DNA of 64,000 bases from Nitrospirota bacterium (GTDB lineage: Bacteria > Nitrospirota > UBA9217), in the NCBI GenBank assembly GCA_963754875.1, contig CAVWHO010000016.1, positions 576,001-640,000 of the forward strand, read 5' to 3'. Of the stretch, positions 59,735 to 64,000 are shown one piece after another. Numbering within the stretch: the stretch's first letter is position 1; every line of letters starts with the position of its first letter. The translations under genes and the position numbers were made by a program. Under the pieces are notes generated by a model. The model saw only the letters and a list, made by a program, of their open reading frames with translations. It searched no databases and was not told where the DNA came from.

Positions 59735-61543
59735 ATGTATCAGCAGGAAGGCCCGCTCGATTTACAGAAAAGACTCCCCTTACTGGCGGTCTACATCGTG
59801 GCGTGTACGCTTGCCCTCTTCATACGGCTCTGGTATCTCCAGGCAGTCAAGGGAGCATATTACTACGAACAGGCGGAGAGCAATCGTATCAGACCGGTGA
59901 GACTCAGGCCGCCGCGGGGCATTATTTACGACCGCTACGGAAGGCCACTCGTCGAAAACGTTCTCACGTTCGATGTTTCCCTGGTCCCGGAGGACGCGCC
60001 GGACCTTGATGCTACGATCGAGACGATTTCGTCCATCCTCAAGATCGACAAGTCGTCCATCCGCACGGCACTGGACGATGCCGCCCCGGTCAGGTCAAAA
60101 TACGATCCGGTCAAGATACAGGAGGAAGCGCCGTGGAACGAGGTGGCGCTCGTTGAGGCCCACCAGGAAGACATTCCCGGAGCGATCATCGAACCGGAGC
60201 ACCGCAGACACTACCCCTACGATGGACTCGCCTCGCACCAACTCGGCTATATCGGCAAGGCGTCGCCGAACCAGCGAAAACAAGATCAGGACATCGGCCT
60301 GCTGACCGGGCAGGGGGGGCTCGAAAAGATTTACGACAAGCTGCTGCGCGGCATCGCCGGAAGGCGAATGATCCAGGTGAATGCCGCGGGACGAAAGGTC
60401 AAGGACTTGGGAATAGAAGAACCCCGGCCCGGGACCGACCTTTACCTCACTATTGATCTTGATGCTCAAAAAGCCGCCGAGGAGGGGCTCGGCGACCATG
60501 CCGGCGCCGTCGTGGCCATGGATCCGAACAACGGAGAACTGATCGCCCTCGCCAGCCACCCGAACTTTGATCCGAATTTATTTCCGAGGGGGATTTCGCC
60601 AAAGGACTGGGTTCGCTTGATGAACGATCCGACTCACCCCTTGTACAACAGGGCCATCCAAAGCGTATACCCTCCGGGCTCAACGTTCAAAATCATCGTT
60701 GCGCTTGCGGGACTCGCGTACGGCGTGATTACCCCGGATGAAAAGATCGTTTGTCATGGGTCTCTCAAAAGCGGCAAACACTCCTTCCGGTGCTGGAAAA
60801 AGGACGGCCACGGCGCGGTTTCTATGCATCAGGCCATCGTCGAATCCTGCGACGTCTACTTTTACACCCTGGGAGATCGCATCGGCTGGGACCGGGTCGC
60901 CGCGTTCGCGAAAAAGCTCGGATACGGAAGCCTGACCGGCATTCCTCTTCCCGACGAGAAGCCAGGCCTCATTCCCACAACGGAGTGGAAGAAAAAGCGG
61001 ACCGGAGAAGCATGGTACGGCGGTGACACTTTCATCAATTCTATCGGCCAGGGGTACGTTCTCGTGAGCCCCATCCAGGCGTGCCAGCTGATGAGCATTG
61101 TCGCGAACGGCGGTTTTTTTTACCGGCCCCAATTGCTCAAACAATCACGGAACCGCGAGACCGGTGTTGTCACAACCTTTCCAGCGAATCTTGAAAATAA
61201 AATCACCATCGATGCCGCTGCGCTTGACGAGGTGCGGCGCGCACTCGCCGGCGTCGTTGCCGAACCCGGCGGCACTGGCCATGCGGCCCAGACGCCGCTC
61301 GCGACTGTCGCGGGCAAATCAGGGACCAGCCAGGTCATCGCGCAGAAAGTCGCTGGACGGCACTTGGCAGAAAATGCCAGGGACCATGCATGGTTCATTG
61401 CCTATGCGCCGGTCGAAAGCCCGAAGATTGCCGTGGCCGTGCTCGTTGAGCACGGCGGTCACGGCGGCAGTGCGGCCGCGCCCATCGCACGAAGAGTCAT
61501 TGAGGAGTATTTGAAAAATGTTGAGCCAAAGATGGTTCACTAA
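59735..61543 (+). CDS. mrdA: Penicillin-binding protein 2
   Basis: RGIIYDR, STFK, SCD, KSGTSQ. Confidence 0.95.
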   Translation: MYQQEGPLDLQKRLPLLAVYIVACTLALFIRLWYLQAVKGAYYYEQAESNRIRPVRLRPPRGIIYDRYGRPLVENVLTFDVSLVPEDAPDLDATIETISSILKIDKSSIRTALDDAAPVRSKYDPVKIQEEAPWNEVALVEAHQEDIPGAIIEPEHRRHYPYDGLASHQLGYIGKASPNQRKQDQDIGLLTGQGGLEKIYDKLLRGIAGRRMIQVNAAGRKVKDLGIEEPRPGTDLYLTIDLDAQKAAEEGLGDHAGAVVAMDPNNGELIALASHPNFDPNLFPRGISPKDWVRLMNDPTHPLYNRAIQSVYPPGSTFKIIVALAGLAYGVITPDEKIVCHGSLKSGKHSFRCWKKDGHGAVSMHQAIVESCDVYFYTLGDRIGWDRVAAFAKKLGYGSLTGIPLPDEKPGLIPTTEWKKKRTGEAWYGGDTFINSIGQGYVLVSPIQACQLMSIVANGGFFYRPQLLKQSRNRETGVVTTFPANLENKITIDAAALDEVRRALAGVVAEPGGTGHAAQTPLATVAGKSGTSQVIAQKVAGRHLAENARDHAWFIAYAPVESPKIAVAVLVEHGGHGGSAAAPIARRVIEEYLKNVEPKMVH

Positions 61544-62648
61544 TCTGTCCTGGGGTATGGTCTCCCTTATATTCGGCATTACGTTCATCGGTCTTGCCGC
61601 GGTCTATAGCGCGACCTATACGTCCCACGGACCTTCGTCTCTCTACTATAAACAGATCGTCTGGGTGTCCATGGGCATCATCGTCATGTTATTCGCCCTC
61701 ATTGTGGACTATCACACCGTCGGACGATACGCCTATATCCTGTATGCGTTCTCTCTTTTTCTGTTGTTACTCGTCATGGTAATCGGAAAGAGCGGCATGG
61801 GCGCTCAGCGCTGGCTGGCTATCGGTCCCTTTGTCTTCCAGCCTTCCGAGCTTGCCAAACTGTCGCTCACGCTGGCTTTGGCACGATACTTTGCAGAGGA
61901 CCCTCGTCGAGGCGGCTACGGCCTCAGGGACCTGGCTATTCCCGGCGCCATGGTCATAGTCCCCTTAGTGCTCGTGCTCAAGCAGCCCGATCTCGGCACG
62001 GCACTTATGCTGCTCCTTACGGCTTCGATCATCGTCGTTATTGCCGGCATTCACCTGCGATCGGTCTTGACTATCCTTGTTAGCATCGCGGTCGTTGTTT
62101 CGCTGGTCCTGTTCGTTCCTCCGGTGCGCCACAAGATCTGGGGGTCGTTTAAGCCTTATCAACAAAACAGGATCAGGGCGTTTATCGATCCGGGTTCCGA
62201 TCCCCTGGGAAGCGGGTATCATGCTAACCAGTCGAAAATTGCTGTCGGATCTGGCCAGATCTTAGGCAAAGGATACCGCCGTGGAACACAGAGTCAAATG
62301 GCCTTCCTGCCGGAGCGGCACACCGATTTTATTTTCGCGGTCATTGCCGAGGAGATGGGACTGGTCGGCTCCGGGGTGCTGATCCTGCTCTATATGATCT
62401 TTCTTCTTATCGGGGTGGACACGGCGAAGAACTCAAAAGACCGTCTCGGCGTTCTCATGGCCAGCGGCATCGTCGGAATGATGTCGCTCTACGTATTCAT
62501 CAACGTGGGCATGGCAGTGGGCATCGTGCCGGTCGTCGGCGTACCGCTTCCGCTCGTCAGTTACGGTGGCACATCCATCATTACTACCTTCCTCGCTATC
62601 GGATTGCTCTTGAATATCCAAACGCGGCGGTTTATGCTGTTCTACTAA
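61518..62648 (+). CDS. rodA: Rod shape-determining protein RodA
   Basis: GAQRW, QPSELAK, QPDLGT, PERHTDFIF, PLVSYGG. Confidence 0.95.
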   Translation: MLSQRWFTNLSWGMVSLIFGITFIGLAAVYSATYTSHGPSSLYYKQIVWVSMGIIVMLFALIVDYHTVGRYAYILYAFSLFLLLLVMVIGKSGMGAQRWLAIGPFVFQPSELAKLSLTLALARYFAEDPRRGGYGLRDLAIPGAMVIVPLVLVLKQPDLGTALMLLLTASIIVVIAGIHLRSVLTILVSIAVVVSLVLFVPPVRHKIWGSFKPYQQNRIRAFIDPGSDPLGSGYHANQSKIAVGSGQILGKGYRRGTQSQMAFLPERHTDFIFAVIAEEMGLVGSGVLILLYMIFLLIGVDTAKNSKDRLGVLMASGIVGMMSLYVFINVGMAVGIVPVVGVPLPLVSYGGTSIITTFLAIGLLLNIQTRRFMLFY

Positions 62649-62724
62649 AAACAGGGTCCGGGAGTCAGGGTTCAGGAATGATGTTTCTTTCATTGGCCCC
62701 CGGCCACTGTCCCGAAGGAGTCCC

Positions 62725-64000
62725 ATGTACCAAGATTTTCTCCCGCTCGTCGCCAAGCCGAGTAGATACATCAACAGCGAGATTAACGCCATCCATAAAG
62801 ACCTGTCAAAAGTGAAGACCAAGGTCTGCCTTTTTTTCCCCGACGCCTACGAAGTCGGAATGTCGCACCTCGGCTTGCGCATCCTCTATCACATTCTGAA
62901 CAGCAGGAGCGACACGGCGTGCGAGCGGGTGTTCTCGCCCTGGACGGATTATGAAGAACACCTTCGCGCGTCCGGCAGGCCGTTGACGAGCCTTGAGTCT
63001 AACCTTCCGCTCGCACAGTTCGACATTATCGGCATTACGCTCCAGTACGAGCTGTGTTACTCCAATGTCCTCGTTGGCCTGGATTTGGCACACATTCCTC
63101 TCCGTGCCGAGCAACGCACCGGCGATCAGCCCGTTATCATTGCTGGAGGCCCGTGTGCGGTCAATCCGGAACCGCTCTCAGCATTCATCGATGCCTTCTT
63201 CATCGGGGAGGCGGAAGAAGCCATGCATGAGATCATAGAACTGAGGCAGGAGCACAAGAGCAAACTTAGCTTTCTTGAAGCGCTCGCAGAGCGCGAAGGC
63301 TACTATATACCGGCACTGGGCAGGAAGGCCGTACGCAGGCGTTTCATAAAGGACCTTGAATCCGCAGCCTATCCCGATCAGCCCCTGCTCCCTCTCATGA
63401 AACCTATTCATGACCGCGTGACGGTTGAAGTCGCGCGGGGCTGCATCCGCGGGTGCCGCTTCTGTCAGGCGGGAATCATTTATCGCCCCTACCGAGAGCG
63501 GAGCACCGAGCGGGTCAAGGGCCTTCTGCGGGAATCGCTCCGTTGCACCGGATACGATGAACTCTCGCTGGCGTCGCTCAGTGCCGGCGATTATTCGGAA
63601 ATTCAGCCGCTCATGCAGAACCTGGTAAACACCTACCGGGATGACCGCATTTCCATATCACTTCCATCGCTCCGCGTCGGGACGCTCACGAAGGAGATGA
63701 TCCGGGCCGTTGCCGGCGTGCGCAAGTCCGGCTTCACGCTGGCTCCTGAGGCCGGCACCGAGCGGTTACGACGCGTGATCAACAAGCCTGTTTCTGATGT
63801 GGACCTTTTGGGTGCCGCAGAGACGATTTTCAGCTCGGGCTGGAGTGTGCTGAAACTTTACTTTATGATCGGACTCCCGACTGAGACCGACGAAGACCTT
63901 GACGGCATCATCAAACTTGCGCAGGAGATACTCTTCGTGGGCAAAAAATCCTCAAAAAGGAACGTACAAATCAACATAACGGTTTCGACGTTTGTACCGA
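62725..64000 (+). CDS. TIGR03960-type radical SAM protein (runs off the window end)
   Basis: Manual translation MYQDFLPLVAKPSRY...FPDAYEVGMSHLG...RGCIRGCRFCQAG...APEAG; absent from the ORF track because there is no stop in the window. Confidence 0.85.
   Translation, partial: MYQDFLPLVAKPSRYINSEINAIHKDLSKVKTKVCLFFPDAYEVGMSHLGLRILYHILNSRSDTACERVFSPWTDYEEHLRASGRPLTSLESNLPLAQFDIIGITLQYELCYSNVLVGLDLAHIPLRAEQRTGDQPVIIAGGPCAVNPEPLSAFIDAFFIGEAEEAMHEIIELRQEHKSKLSFLEALAEREGYYIPALGRKAVRRRFIKDLESAAYPDQPLLPLMKPIHDRVTVEVARGCIRGCRFCQAGIIYRPYRERSTERVKGLLRESLRCTGYDELSLASLSAGDYSEIQPLMQNLVNTYRDDRISISLPSLRVGTLTKEMIRAVAGVRKSGFTLAPEAGTERLRRVINKPVSDVDLLGAAETIFSSGWSVLKLYFMIGLPTETDEDLDGIIKLAQEILFVGKKSSKRNVQINITVSTFVP

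Overview
A 64 kb gene-dense segment of a bacterial chromosome, probably from an anaerobic Gram-negative organism. Gene content and style suggest Nitrospirota or a Desulfobacterota-like lineage (inference). About a dozen genes carry single-base indels, which points to an unpolished long-read assembly or MAG. The left half is accessory-like: VIT1 transporter, cysM, secreted DUF3300/DUF2950 proteins, and a putative leucine-attenuated operon (Tam-like methyltransferase, leuA, EamA exporter, chorismate mutase-GNAT fusion, aminotransferase, two cysteine hydrolases). It also holds an ECF sigma factor with four DUF3795 Cys-rich paralogues, and a complete mercury-methylation locus (AbrB-like hgc-associated gene, hgcA, hgcB). 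The right half is mostly housekeeping: type IIA topoisomerase A subunit, peptide ABC ATPases, lpxC, class IV aminotransferase, deoC, acyl-CoA metabolism genes, tRNA-Val, tRNA-Asp, pepF, csp, tpx, an rRNA methylase, mreBCD-mrdA-rodA and a radical SAM gene. The most notable non-obvious signals are: (1) a small GIY-YIG nuclease plus tRNA-Asp bracketed by two tRNA-Asp mimics whose anticodon arm is replaced by a TCCCGA/TYGGGA hairpin; (2) a leaderless Leu-rich leader peptide with a full attenuator; (3) a 141-bp IS200/IS605-type MITE whose precise excision would restore a lipoprotein gene; (4) the anti-sigma-less ECF/DUF3795 module near hgcAB.
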